From the NCBI GenBank assembly GCA_965153285.1, contig OZ229112.1: DNA of 64,000 nt. The stretch is one strand, 5' to 3'. The translations under genes were made by a program, and so were the position numbers. The stretch's first letter is position 1, and the number at the start of each line of letters is the position of its first letter. The DNA is from Podarcis tiliguerta (lineage: Eukaryota). Of this stretch, positions 26,301 to 41,000 are shown piece after piece. A model generated the notes under the pieces. That model was given only the letters and a program-made list of their open reading frames with translations. It did not search any database and had not been told where the DNA came from.

Positions 26301-29300
26301 TGTACAGAGGTACCTTTGAAATATGATTGGCTGGGGAAATTGTGGGTCTAAATTAACAGCAATCTGAAAATTTTCAAATGCATTCAAACTTGTTACTAAA
26401 ATAGATCTTTTTGTGTGGTAAAGAACATTCTTTACTGGCTTTTGACCAATTTGAATGGTGAAACTCCACAGAGTGGGCAATATTCTGCCTGTGTAAAATT
26501 TATATTATTTAATGGAAAGGTGGTTTTTATATTATTTATTTATTGAATTTATATACTAACCTACACCAGCAGGTCTCAGTATAAGTGGAGTGTAAGTTTC
26601 AGTTTCTGCATATTTTAATAGTTGTAGCAAACATATTAGCTTTTAAAAAAAGAGAGATGGAGAACCATGGAAACAAGAATTTGAAGACATGCTTCCTCTT
26701 CTCCCTACATTGTTAGCATATCCCTTTCTCTTCTTGACCACTTCCCATTAAAGTTAATTGCACATTTCCTTTAGATGAAGCAGAGACACTGCAGACAAGG
26801 CTATAGCACTGTGACTTTAGAATATCTGTTGTGTGGTGGCAGAAGAACATTAAATATACTTGCTTTTCCTTGCATTCTTCCATTTCCTTCCAACAGAGGA
26901 GCATGAAGAATCCATTTACAACCTATACATCTCAGAAGTTCGAAACATGAGACTTCGTTTGGAGAATTGTGAAGATCGTTTGATTAGGCAGATTCGAACC
27001 CCACTGGAGAGAGATGACTTACATGAAAGTGTATTTCGGATCTCTGAACAAGAGGTGAGTTTTCTGAGCTGCTCTGTGGGCTCTCCAAAGCTCATGAAAT
27101 GTAACAGTCGTGTAATGATGAGCTCATAAAGAGCTTATTCAGAAGGGACCGCTACAATTATCTGCATGGCTGCATCTACAAATTAAAACGAGTAATGTGC
27201 ACTTGTAGAGCTAATTAAAGTGAAGTAAACATTTGAGCCACCAGTTGGTTTTGGGGCAGTCTGTTTACAAATGCCTTCATTTTGGAATTCCCAGACCGAG
27301 CAGGTGAGCTTTACTGGTTCTTTGAAGATAAAAGTGAGCAAGGATCTTATCAAATAAGTCTTTTGGTTTTTGTGTGGCAGTGGTTACGACTTTTGAGTTC
27401 TAGCTTGGATTAACTAGTTTTGCTTTTACTGGCTTGAACCCTAGCTAGTTCTCAACAAATGGAAGGGCAAACAAACAATTGAAAGACACAACCACCCTAC
27501 ACTAAGAATAGGCAATAGAATGAAAGAATGATATCCCCATCTCTCTCCCCACCTCCCATTTCCACCAGCAGCAAGATGTCTGTGACAAAAATGTCTCTCA
27601 CCAAACGTAAACGAACTGTGAAAAAGACAAAGAATTGAAAGTGGAGACAATAGATGCACCGTTCACTGTTTATCTGTTTGCTTTGTAACACAAAAACCCC
27701 AATAAAAAGTAATTTAGAAAAATGGAAGGGCTCATTCCAATTTCAGAAGCATAACTGTCAACTTTTCCCTTTTCTTGTAAGGAATCCTATTTGGAATAAG
27801 GGAATTTCCCTTGAAAAACGGGAAACGTTGACAGCTATGTTCAGAAGGAACTGAGATTCAGTGGAGGTTCCCCACAGGGGGGTACAAAGGCAGGGCAGTT
27901 TTTTGTGGTTTCCTCTTTCCCCTGTAGCCTCTCATGCTGCTCCAAAGGGTCCTATAACATTTTGCTCATATTATCTTCTATAGTATTAGTGTCTCTTGAC
28001 CTAAGGATGCTTATAATGATTGAGAACTGCTCCTTGCTATAGGGGGGTAAAACATTTCATCTTTGCTTCTGTAGAAACTGAAGAAGGATCTGGATCGACT
28101 CAAGGAGGACTTGGAAACAATCACAGACAAATGCGATGATTTTTTCAGCCAAGCTGCTGGTTCGCCCTCAGTTCCTACTCTGCGGTCGGAGCTTAACCTA
28201 GTAATTCAAAATATGAATCAGGTTTACTCCATGTCTTCCATTTACATAGAAAAGTAAGTAAGCCATAAAGTCATTCACATTTTGTAACACTTTTTCATCA
28301 TCATTTGATAGGATGATGTAGTGTCTGCTTGGAGGGGAAGCTGAGTATATTCACAGTTTTGAATATATTTTGTTGAATTGAATAATAGATACAGAATTTC
28401 ATGTGACCAATTTGAAAGTGTTTATAAAGTTGAAAGGCCAGAAATAAATTTAAACAAACAAACAAATAGAAGAATGATCTTAGTCGCATAGTCATCATAT
28501 ACTAAAACAAGTTTTAAAACTTTAGAACTATTTGGAAATTATGAATGACAAGTGATCCCTTTTGTTTCAGGTTAAAAACTATAAATTTGGTGCTGAAAAA
28601 CACTCAAGGAGCTGAAGCACTGGTAAAACTCTATGAGACTAAACTATGTGAGGAAGAACCATTAACTGCTGACAAGAGCAATATTGAGAACCTTATGGCC
28701 ACGTTGAAGGTATTCTTATGATGGACAGAAAAATAATAATGAGAAATAGGTGTGCTTTTAAGTGATATAAAGAAGTAAAGGAGATTGATATATACTGTCA
28801 TAAGAACGTAAGAAGAACAGCATCCTTTTCTCTTAATGTCCAGCCAGATGCCTGTGGGAAACTTGCAGCAGGACTGAGCACAAGAGCACACACTCTCCTG
28901 TGGTTTTCAGAAACTGGTATTCAGAAGCGTTACTATCTCAGGCCTTGGAGACAGAGCATAGCCATCAATAGCCCTCTCTTCCATGAATTTGTCTAAACTT
29001 CCTGTATCCAAGTTGGTGGCCCACGTTGCTCCCTGTGGGAGCAAATTCAATAGTTTAACAAGGTAGTACTTTAGAAGAAGTACTCTATTTTATGTGTCTT
29101 GAATCGCCTGCCTTCTGTTTGGCCTTTAGAAGAATGGAAACAAAGTAACCTGAGTGGCATTGAGATGTGGCCAGTTGACTGGTCAAATATTGAGAATGAA
29201 TGCTGATTATTATGTCATTTCCCAGTAACACTTAGCTAAGAGCTGAGCTGTATATTACACCATCTTGTGAAAAGAAGACCAGAAGTTTAGAATCCTGAGG

Positions 29301-31352
29301 TTTTCCTCTCATCCCTATAGGGCAGGGATTAGGAACCTGTCCTCCTCCAGATGTTGCTGGACTCTAACTCTCATCAGCCTCAGCCAGCATGGCCAATGGT
29401 CAAGGATGATGGGTGTTGTAGTCCAACAACATTTGGAGGTTTTCCATCCATGTTATAGGCAACAAAAGATGGAGGATCCTGAAACAGTCACTGGTCCCTT
29501 TCCTTCCCATATGGTTCTTCAGAAAAGAAAAACACAGCCAAATTATACGAGGAAAGAATGCAGCCTTTTCCCTTCCTTCTTATGCAGCTAATTTTCCTTA
29601 ACTGCTTAGAAGTGGAAGATTAGCCACATGAGAGATAAACTTAGGTATGCCTATAATTAGCAAAGTATTCCTCTTCGTTATAGTTACAGAAGCAGTAATG
29701 GTGCAAATACAAAACCATTTTTTATAGCATTTCACTGAAAATTTGGGTGCTTTGTTTGTTTCCCACATGGATATCCTATGACTAGTTAGTAATGTGATGC
29801 ATTAGTTAGTAATGATGCATATTGACAGCAGCATTATGGTCTGTATTGAGATGTCACATGTTTTGTGTACCAGCAATGGAGATCAGAGGTTGATGTAAAA
29901 AGAGAAGTATTCCATGCTCTAGAAGACGAACTCCAGAAAGCTAAAGCAATTAGTGATCAGATGTTTAAAACACACAAGGAACGTGATCTCGACTTTGACT
30001 GGCACAAAGAGAAAGCAGATCAGCTGACTGAGAGATGGCAGAATGTTCATTCTCAGATTGAGAACAGGTTAGTACTCCTACTTTCTTTTCAGAAACTTCA
30101 GAGTGAAACCTTTTTTTTGGTGCGTGTACCTTATGCTGGTCTTGGAGTTTTGGCAGAGTGTCCAAATGTTAATTTTAGGTGTTTTCAAGTAATTTCCTTC
30201 AGGAGGCCTCAACCATCATGTACAGCATAACTGAGGAGAGAAAGAAATAAAGAAGATAAAACATCTCTGGTTTGGTCATTTTGACAGGAGGGTGGGTGCT
30301 GCTTTCTTGAGACTTCTTCCAAAACAGCTCCTATAACATATATATGAAGGAACACTGAGCAGTGAATATGGTTCCTTCATGCATACGCAAGGCCGTCCCT
30401 AGGGAAGTGTGTGGAGCCGGACAAATCTTACTGTTTGGGCTCCTTGTTGCCTTCACCTACCCCCTGCCCGGCCCAGTAGTGGCCGTGGCTCCTCTTCAGT
30501 CTCCCCGTGGAGAGTCGCCACTTAATATGTGGGAAACCAGCTACTGATTCACCAAGCTTGTGGAAGTGTTCCTGTTTTACACTGAATTCCACCATTGTAC
30601 AAATCCATCCAACTGCTACCAGTGCATTGACAGTATACTTACACATTGCATATGAAGCAAACCCTCAGTAAACAAATCTCTCCTCACCTCCTCCTAAGGC
30701 TTACTTTTTGTTGTTTTGCAGCTTCTGTTAGTAGCAACAGTCTCTCCTCCCCTTTCTTTCCCTCTGGCTTAATTTTTTCTTTCTTTTGCTGCATCTTTAG
30801 TATTGGCACTGTGATTCTTTGCCTCCACCTCCCTGCTTTTCTCTAAGAGAAGGAGATGGAAAAATTTGCCCGGTGGGCGAGAAGCTGCAGGGCCAACTAA
30901 ACCCAGGGCTGTCACCTCCATGTGGCCCCCTCAATGACCCTGCACACATGTTACTGCTGCAATGTGGAAAGAAGCCACAGGGTAGCAACTTCCACACTGT
31001 GGCTTCTGCAAGATACATACTGCACCTCTGTGATTCCCTTGGTTCAATCCTTGCTATCTTCAGGAAAGCATGCCTGTCTTAGAAGGACTGGGTTCGCAAT
31101 AGGCAGCACTGTGTGGGTAGCCTTCTGTCCTGACAGTTTAAGGTACCCTTATTTATGGCAAATGAGAATGCTTCTGCGTGCTTGTGAGATAAACATGAAA
31201 CAAATGCTGCCTCTCTCGGACAGCTTAATTGACTGTGCTGGCAGTTCACCATCAACACTCAGGCGCTCTGAGCACAAGAGGTAACAGATTTTGTGTCGAC
31301 TGCCGCTTGTAACTGTAAACAGACTGTTCCCTACAAATGTTCACCCTCCTGT

Positions 31353-31412
<60 letters not shown>

Positions 31413-31979
31413 CAAATAAAACCCTGGCTAGTTATCAGTATAATTTTTATTCAGCTGTATAAAACTTAGCCATTTTAACTATTGCCCACATTATTTACTA
31501 ATTGCTACTCACAGAACAAGAGGGGCCATAGAGAGGTATGGAGGTGTGGGTTCTATTACCTCACAGCCTCAGCCAGGCCAGGCCAAGCCAGAAGATTGGT
31601 GAAGGAGCGTGTTTTTTTTTTATTATTCTTCCTGCTGCACCAGTATCAGGCTGGCCCAGACTGGGGAAATGGATTGAGGTAGGGCTGAGCAGGTCCATGG
31701 CCCCAGCTCTCAAAATGCTCTGTTTCAGTGTCTTAACTGGGTACTGCTGTTGGGAGCACTGATGGCAACAGTATTTCCACTGCCTCACTTTCCACAGTTC
31801 AGCTTTCTGTGGGGGTGTCCCAAGTGGTAGACAACAGTAGACAGGGGAATCCCTTCAATCTTAACACCCTTCAGCACCACAGCTCAGTTTTTAGGATTGC
31901 AGTTATCGTAATTACCACATAATGTTTCACTTTTCTTCTTCTCTTTCTGCCTCAAACTTGAAAACTGCAGGGAAAAAGT

Positions 31980-32024
<45 letters not shown>

Positions 32025-35000
32025 CTGTGGATTGCAAGGCCCTTTCCTATAAAGACTTTTGTAATAGACTAGGTACCTGTTTTTCCCTAACGACCATGGA
32101 TTTAGTTAGCATATGAAGAATTGGGAATTTATTCTAAAGTGAGTCTTTTCTCCACATTCTAATCCTGAAGTTTTGCAACTGAGGAATACTGTTTCAGGAC
32201 ATGGAATGTGACTGCTCCGTTTTTCCTTTTGTTTTTTAAGCTTCTGCTGAATTCTACATAGGGTAACTTCCCTCTAGTGGTCACCCTGAGTAGCTTTTTA
32301 TGTCTAAAATACACTGGTACATGTAAGCATCCTTGTCTGAATCTGGAGGTTATTGTGGCAGGGGATTCACTTATTTTTCAATGCCTGGCATTTGAAATGA
32401 GGAACTTGTAGATAGAGACAGAGAGAGACAAAGCCCTTTGAAATAAGGAACACAGGGAGAGACATCTGGCTTCCTATAAAGATGAAGGGGCGTTTGATAG
32501 AGAGAGAGAAGGTTGCCTGGAGCTTTATGAACCCAGGAATGTGTGTTCTTTGGCATGTATTCCTCAGAACTAATACATTTCTTGATAACTGTGAGCTCCT
32601 CAAAAAAGGCATGGAAATTAAAAAGAACTCAGAGAGTTCCTTTTTTATGAAATTGGCAAAGCCTTTCATTCTGAAGGTTTGCAGGAGAAACCCTGAGAAA
32701 AGGACATCTAGCCGAATGATGGCTTCTGACAGCCAGCTGTTTATGAAGTGGTGTAGCCTTGCGCTGAGCTACAAACCAGAATTTTCTAATTTCACCTTTG
32801 CCCTGAACTTACTATGTAGTCTTAGGCAATCTCTGTTCTGTTTCAGACTTAGCACCCACCCCAAAGATCTTTATTATGGGGGGGGGGGGGATAATAATAC
32901 TGACTTGCCCTTACAAGGTTATTGTAAGGTTGCTGGTGGTGATGATGATGGTTAGTTCTTTATTGTCATTGCTACTAGTTTGTTCTTCCTCACTGAAACA
33001 GCTTGCTTTTCACTCAACCAGGTTGCGTGACTTAGAAGCTATCAGTAAATCCCTAAAGTACTACAGGGATACATATGGTGCACTGGATAACTGGATCAAG
33101 CAAGTCGAAGAAACTCAGCAGAGGTTCCAGGAAAACCCACCTCAAAACAGTAAAGCTCTGGCCAAACAGCTAAACCAGCAAAAGGTAAAAGCTTGATCGA
33201 TTGATTTAATTTGTTTATACGCCACCTTTCTGTAGTGAGCTGATAACAAATATCCACTTATAACATGCAGGTTTTGTTCTAGGGCTTAGATGTAAAGAAT
33301 TAATAACTAAGCTAAAGACAGCCAGTTTCAGTTCAGCTAATAAGAAATTTTCCCTTTAAAGCAGTGTACTGGATATACCTCTGTATCTTACAATATTAAT
33401 AATCTAGTGTGTTTCTGCATATGTTGGTTGAGGGGCAACGTTCCCCCCCCCTTCCATTTTTCTTCTAGAGCCAAAGGTAATTTATAAAGAGGACCACAGG
33501 GAAACAGACTTTCATGCTAAGTTTTTATACATAAACACAACTTTCAAGTTTTCAGTCTAGTATGTTTTAAAAACAAGTAGAACACCAGCCTTTAGGATGG
33601 GGAAAGTTGCATAGGTTGATACTGTTACATACTAAAATTCTCTTGTTTATTTTACAGATGCTAGTATCGGAAATAGAGACAAAACAAAACAAGCTAGATG
33701 AATGCCAGAAGCACTCAGAGCAGTATTCAGCTGCAGTAAAGGTAAAACTATAACTTCTGTGCACGGTTATTATTCTTTTTTAATTTCTTTGTGGAAATGT
33801 GAGCATTGTTCAGCATCATGTTCTTCACATGTTGCTGTTCCTGCCACAGCTGCTGCTCCAATCCACATTGTTAGGCTGCATTGTGTCAGTGGGCGCTGGC
33901 AGCAGTAGTGGGCCGGGGTGGCGGCTCTCAGCTGACCTCTAGCATAGGGAATCCAGTGCTCCTTCCAGGGCGTTTGCAAAATGCTGACCTTGCTGCCACC
34001 TCACTTCACCTTGCCCCTATATCTTGTAGTAGCGCTGTGGTCTAAACCACTGAGCCTCTTGGGCTTGCCGATCAGAAGATCAGTGGTTTGAATCCCCGCA
34101 ACAGGGTAAGCTCCCATTGCTCTGTTCCAGCTCCTGCCAACCTAGCAGTTCAAAAGCATGCCAGTGCAAGTAGATAAATAGGTATATCTGCGGTGGGAAG
34201 GTAAACAGCGTTTCTGTGCGCTCTGGTTTCCGTCACAGTGTTCCATTGCGCCAGAAGCAGTTTAGTCCTGCTGCCCACATGACCCGGAAAGCTGTCTGTG
34301 GATGAACACCGGCTCCCTCAGCCTGAAAGTGAGATGAGCACTGCATCCCATAGTCGCCTTTGATTGGACTTAACCGTCATGGGGTCCTTTACCTTTTTTA
34401 TCTTAAACTGCAACAGCACCACGGACCAGTGGTCAGGTGAACAGTGCCACCCCACCATCCATCCTCTCCTGTGCTGCAGGGTGTAGTCTGTAATCAGACA
34501 ATCCAACCTACCCACTTGAGTGGCAGCTTTACCTGTCACCAAAGCAACAGAGAAAAGCCAAGAGAAATCTCCTGTAGTCCTGTTCAGCTGTGTGCAGGCA
34601 TTCTTCCTATCTCTACCTCTGTTTCCAGAGTGACAGGTTTTGTATGGAAAACCATCAATGAAACCTGCCAGTTGAGCTGAGGGAAGTTGCTGTTTCCCAG
34701 TCCAGTTCTAATGTGAGTTCCATAGCAGCTGCATTGTCTTCTTTTACACTCCGGCTTCACTGCCCTAGTGTCACAGGATATCCAGGATATCTTCTGGTGA
34801 CTCAGCTGACAGGAGGTAATCTTTCCCTCCCAATACCTTGCATCCCCTCCCCCTCAAAATCTGTTCTGGAAGGTGTTCCCCACCTTCCAACTGTCCAGAT
34901 CTAGAACTGTCCAGATCGTATGCTATAGGGGGATTGCCTAAAATTGCCTCCTTCCCAGTTCTCCTGACCGATTCCCTTCTGTCAGCAGACCAGTCGCCAT

Positions 35001-38000
35001 TGGATATCACCCATAGTCTTTAGTACTCAGATGAATTTATGCGGCACTTGAAAGACTCCTAGTATGGAACAAGTAGCTTACAGGTTTACCTATTTCCATT
35101 TATTTTCTGCAGGACTACGAGTTGCAAACGATGACATACAGAGCCATGGTTGACTCCCAGCAAAAATCTCCAGTGAAACGCCGAAGAATGCAGAGCTCCT
35201 CTGATTTCATTATCCAAGAGGTAGTTGGACGTGCCTTAATATATAATGCTTTATAATGGCCCACATTCCACTTTTGCATTGTGAAAGCTTTTGAGCCACG
35301 TTCATGAAATACTTTCAGTATAAATATACAAAGCTAGTAATCGATCATGTTACACCCTGCTGCTTCATTTTGGGTGCGGCTAGTCTGGCTACAGCTACTT
35401 GGACAATATATCCAGCCAGAGAGCCCAATGTGGCAAACATTAGTCACCTGAAGTTGCCAGTGTTACATAGATTAGTTTACCACATTATTCCAGGGTTTCC
35501 ATATCATCAACTTCAGTGGAATGTGCACATGTTCAGTTGTGGAATGGACTGTGGCCAGTGCCCGTGATTCTGGAGAGAGGTGGTTGCTCAGAGATAGAGT
35601 ACATGATTTGCATGAAGAAGGTTCAAGGTTCAACTACTGGCATCTCTAGCAAGAGGAATCACAGGTTGCATGACAAGGAACATCTGGTGGATGGTACCTT
35701 GGAGAGCTTTTACTCATCAGCATAGATAGTACTGAACTGGCCGGAACAGTTGGTCTGATTCAGTATAAGGTAGATTAATGTGTCCAAAAGAGTTAATGAG
35801 GATTTGTAAATGGAAAACCCAAAATCATGGCAATTTAGAAGTTCAGTGTAGGTAGGGAGTCCTTTAGATTTAAAGGATCTAAAGAACTTAGATTAAAATG
35901 GATACTGGTGACCATAGGGTAAAAGTACAACAAACTGACCAGCATTTGGAACCTATCCCTGGCTGTTAATGAAATGAGGCTGCAAATAGACATTTCTTTG
36001 TTCTAGAGTTTGCAAGCTCACCCATCAGCAAGCTAGAGATTAAGTGAAATCGAGACTGAATATAATCACAGACTCTGTGAATGATAGCCAGAACACAAAG
36101 AGTTACAGAATGATATATGAAGGGTTATGTTCCTTTATATGGCTATAACCCTCATGACTTTTCGGGACCCTGAAGCATCCTTTTCTAATATAACATACTG
36201 AATGATGTCCCTGCTTCATACAGAAAAATGTGTTGGGATTCATTGCATTCAATAATTCATAAAATAAATGATTTAAGGCGTGAGGGGTTAGGAGGTTAAT
36301 CCCATGATGAATTTGGTCCTTCATCTTTCATTCTTAAGAGCACCTCCACACCTGCTACCCCCAAAGCAGACAGAAGTCAACTCCTCTCAACACTCTGTTT
36401 GTTACACTGATTCTTCTAAGAATCTGTTGGACTCAGGGTAATCTTTCTAATGTGTTTTGTATATTATGATTTAGGAAGACGCAGTGCATTTTTTTTCCAG
36501 AAATCATCTTGTAACTTTATTTGTTCTATATAAAAGTAAATAAATTTAAGACACTCCATTTCAGCATGAATCAGTACTGTTCCTCTGTTTCATTGCAGTT
36601 TATGGACTTACGAACACGCTACACAGCTTTGGTGACCTTGATGACTCAGTATATAAAGTTTGCTGGTGACTCTCTCAAAAGGCTGGAGGAGGAAGAGGTA
36701 AGTCAGCAGATAACTTTCAAAGGGATGGTAAAACCACAAAGACAGCTATACTTTTTTAAGTATAAGGATAGATGATGTGAACTCCTTACGTACTCTCTAG
36801 ATATAAAATGAAGGTTGACATCACGTATCTAGTGAACACCAAGACTGACCTGAAATTATCCGCTCTCATTGTCCTTACTATTTTTACTACTTTAGTTTGC
36901 TAAAATTCTATTGCAGGATATTGGTTCTATATGAGAATTTCCCTAAGGTACTGAGAAACTTGTAAAATACCTTTATATTTATTGGCTTATAAGCTCTCTC
37001 ACACTGCCGTGCTTTCAGCTTAGCAGCTGGATTTGATAGTAGTCTAAGTAGTGATGACAGGATGGACAGGGTTGGGGAGTATGGCAAAGGGAGGCATCTG
37101 CATGCAAGCAAAGATATCTCAATAGTTCCTGTGATGTATAGTATTGAACAAGGCCAATTCAGAAAAGAGTTTTCTATTCAGTCTGCAAATAAAAATGGCA
37201 GGCAGACAAAGCTGCCAGTGGAGGCAGTGCATGTTGCTGATGAAAGGGAGGAGAAATTTAAATGGTCTATTTCACTGAAGGAGAGAGCAAGAGTACATGG
37301 GAAAACTAATTCTGAGCCTGTGATGAGAATAAAGAATAGAAGTCTGAAGGCAGGGCATTATCCCATGGGAATCAGCCCAATTCAGCAACCCACTTGCCTT
37401 TCAGAAAGGTTGCACCCTGAGAATCTGAATAAAGACTTTGAAAAATATTCTCACAGTGTACTGATAAAGGTGGAAGAGAATATTCAAACAGGTGAATTGT
37501 TAGCCATTGTTGCAAAACTGCCCTAAGCAATTTAAAACCAAGGAAGGACTCAGTAAGACAATGCAGCAACAATTAAGACATGTGTCCTTCTGACAGGTGA
37601 CTACTACTAATACATTACATAATATGTCTCTAGGCAGCAGCAATTTTAGAACAGCTACCCCACAAGAAAGACTGTACAAATTCCAAAGAAAATAAAATGT
37701 TGAAGGCCAAGGAAGCACAACTTGTTTCTGTGCTGTTTCAAAGGTTTACACAGTAGAAAACACAGTTATACAGCATAGTCTAAAAGTGTATGAACTAAAT
37801 TGTGGTGTGATGCAAAGCAACATCAACCAAAATATGAATTCAGTATTGTTATGTTATTCAAATAAATAGTGATGTAGTGCTGGCCAGTTCCCAAAGCAAA
37901 ATAATTTTGAGGAAAGGTAATTTGGACATGAACCAAGAAAGGACAAATTTGAAGATACCCTTTCTTGCAATCTTCAAATGCTGAGAGTTTGACACAGAAT

Positions 38001-41000
38001 GTTGTCTGTGCTTCGACCACTCTATTCACTGGTGTTCACAAAGAAAATGTAGAGATGGAAGTGGATATGTTTTTTTTAAAAAAGGAAGGATTTTTTCTAG
38101 CTGAGTCAGTGTTGCATAAAGATGTACATGACCATTCAAAGCTACTCGAAGAAGACAAAAATCATAAACTGAGAGAGGATGTCAGGAGAACAAAGTATGG
38201 AAACACAGGAAACGAACAGCCAGTTTTTGAATCGAGAATGTGCAGAGAAAGCATAGGCCAAAAGGAAGAAATAAAAAAGAAAGAGGTATATAGTTGTATT
38301 AAAAATCAGAGGCAATCATTACGAATATAATAGTATTATAGAAATAAATACAACTTCAAAATCATTCCTAATCATCACTTGAAACTTAAATATGTCTTTG
38401 TGTGGTGCGAAAATTGATCTAAAACTGATTCAATGGAGTTGCAATATTTAAACAAACTGCTAAGCTGTTGATTTGCATAATCATTCCTTTTATTCATTTA
38501 TGTAGCAACATCAGCTACAGAAACCTCCCAGCTGACAACTTGTTTTGCTGATCAGGATTAGTGGGCGGAGAGATAATTAAATTATTACATTTTAATGATC
38601 TTTAGCATTGGCGTTTCCAAGTATCTTGTGGTTTGTGTTATATACCAGTAGATGTCGCATTTATTGGTGTAATGGGACATCTACTGGAAAATAAAATCTC
38701 ATTTAACAGCAATAGTTAGAAAGAATTAAATTCAATCCAGAAGAAAATAAAGCTGCCTTTGCATTAGTATGTCTTGGTGAGTTAATGATACTGTAACGTT
38801 GTGCTAGTCTTTTGTTAAAAGAAAGAGCATTATGTTCAGAGCCTAAATAACTATTGTTGAAGGACATGGCTAATTAAATGTGGTTTCTTGCGAATTGTAT
38901 CATGTTTTACACTAAAACGCTCTCCTCTTCTTATTCAACTAACCATCAAATGATGAAGTGCTTTTTTCTTGCATGGTGTGTTTTGCTGAGAAGTTGCTCT
39001 GTAGCTTTTAAGCAAGGACTCATGCAAGTGAGCTTCTGGGCATCACCTTCAACCTATGAAACAACTCTTATCCTGAAAGCAAAGGGATTCTTCTTGAGGA
39101 CTTCAGCTGGTGGATTCCTTCATTTCCTTCTTTACTCTAACTAACGGTCCCTTTCTGATGGTGACAGTGGTGGTGGGAATCCCTCAGTCTGAGCTGCTGA
39201 CATGCTGTAGTTGAAGTTTGTAAGTATTTGCAACTGTGCATTTTAACATTACAACATTACCTAACGTTTTAAAAGAATGGATTTCAATGTTTCTTGTTGC
39301 CTTATTTTTTTGGCAGATCCTGAAGAATAAGGAGGCAGTAGTACGTGGTGAATATTCTGACCTGGAGCAGCAGCAAAAAGAAGTAATGAGTGAGAACAGA
39401 AAACTTATGGAGCGGATAAATGAGCTTGAGGAGATGTTGGATGAGTTAAGGAAACAGAAGTTCCAAATGGAAGTAGAACTTCCCAAAGCAAAGGCCGATG
39501 CAGAGAAAGAAATGAAGAAGCAGCAGACAAAAATGGAGGAGATTTCTCTCCAGAAAGCCAAGGCTGAGCAAGAGGCAAAGCGCTATCGCATGGAACTAGA
39601 GGATGCTCTTAAAGAGAAAGAAGATGCAGAGCAGGAATTGGAGCGTGTGAAGCAGCTCGCTTTGAAGACTGAGGCTCAGAGAAGTATGGTTGAAGAAAAG
39701 TTCAGAGCTTTCAGAATGCAGCTAGAGGAAACGGCTGTGGCTAGAGATGCTCTTGAAGATAAGTTAAGAAGGAAGGACACCAATCTTCAAGATTTAGAGC
39801 AGCAAAAGAAAGCACTGATGGAGGAGCTGAGGAAGAAGACTGCTGAAGAAGAGAAGCTTGTGAAACTCATTAAGGAAATGGAACAAGACATGGAGTTTCA
39901 AGGTAGTCTAGTGAAAAGCAAGTGCAGAGAAAAGGAAATAACCGAAGTCAGAAGGCAAATTACTATAATAGGACAAGAAACCCTGTTGCCAACAGGTTCA
40001 GACATTTTCAGAGAAAAGCACGAACTGAAAAATATAGAGGAATTCCAGCAACTGGTGGATGAGCTAACATTTGCCAACAAAAAGTCTGAGAAAACCATCA
40101 AAGACCTAAAATACGAACTGTGTGAACTTGAACTGCAGAATGCGTCTGCTGAAGAAAAGGCTCGCTTACTAAAAGAAAAACTGGATGATGCCAATAATTC
40201 TCTCAGGCGCCTTAAAGTAGAGCTGGATCAGAAAGAGCTGGTAGAGCAAGGATACTTGGAGCAGCTGAAGGAGCTTGACAGGCAGCTGCAGAAAACCACA
40301 GGCAAAGCTGAAGAGGTAATGCAAGAAGCCATGGATCTGAAGAAAATAAATATGAAGTATCAAGAAGAGCTGAGGTCACTTCAGAAGGAGAAGGCACTGT
40401 TAAAGATGGAGCTGGAGGAGTTGGCTAGGACACACACACACACTGGAATTACTATTCAGCAATTGCATTCCCAAATCACTTCTCTTCAGCAAGAAAAAAT
40501 GGCAGCTGAACAGAGAACTGTTTCAAGCAGAGGGGAAGCAACCAACCTACAAGAACAGTTAAAAAAAATGCAGGAACAATTCCTTCAAAAGACAAGAGAA
40601 GAAAAAGAAAACCAGCTGAAGATTCAAAGACTGAAAGATGATTTAGCAGATAGCAATCACTTAGTGGAAAAGCTAAAACAGAAGGTCGAGGAGCTTTCTA
40701 GATGGAACAGCGAGACCAAAATAATGATGACTGAAGTCCGGACTGATTCAGAGAAGATAATTCTTGAAAGACAAATTATTGACAGAAAAAATGATGAATT
40801 AAAAGCCCTGGCTGAAGGTTTCAAAGAGCAACTACGTATCACAAACGAACAACTGCACAAACAGATAATACTTGAGCAGGAGCACTTGGATCACATCAAG
40901 AGATTAGAAGATGAACTAATAAAAGCAAAAGAATTAGCTGGTGAATTTAAGCAGAAATGTGACAGGGACAATGCTTATAACATGAATGCAGAGATGGAAA

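Noticed and set aside
29781-29825. ~20-bp tandem duplication (tagttagtaatg(t)gatgcat) near an acceptor
   Set aside because: Ordinary slippage duplication with no evident consequence.
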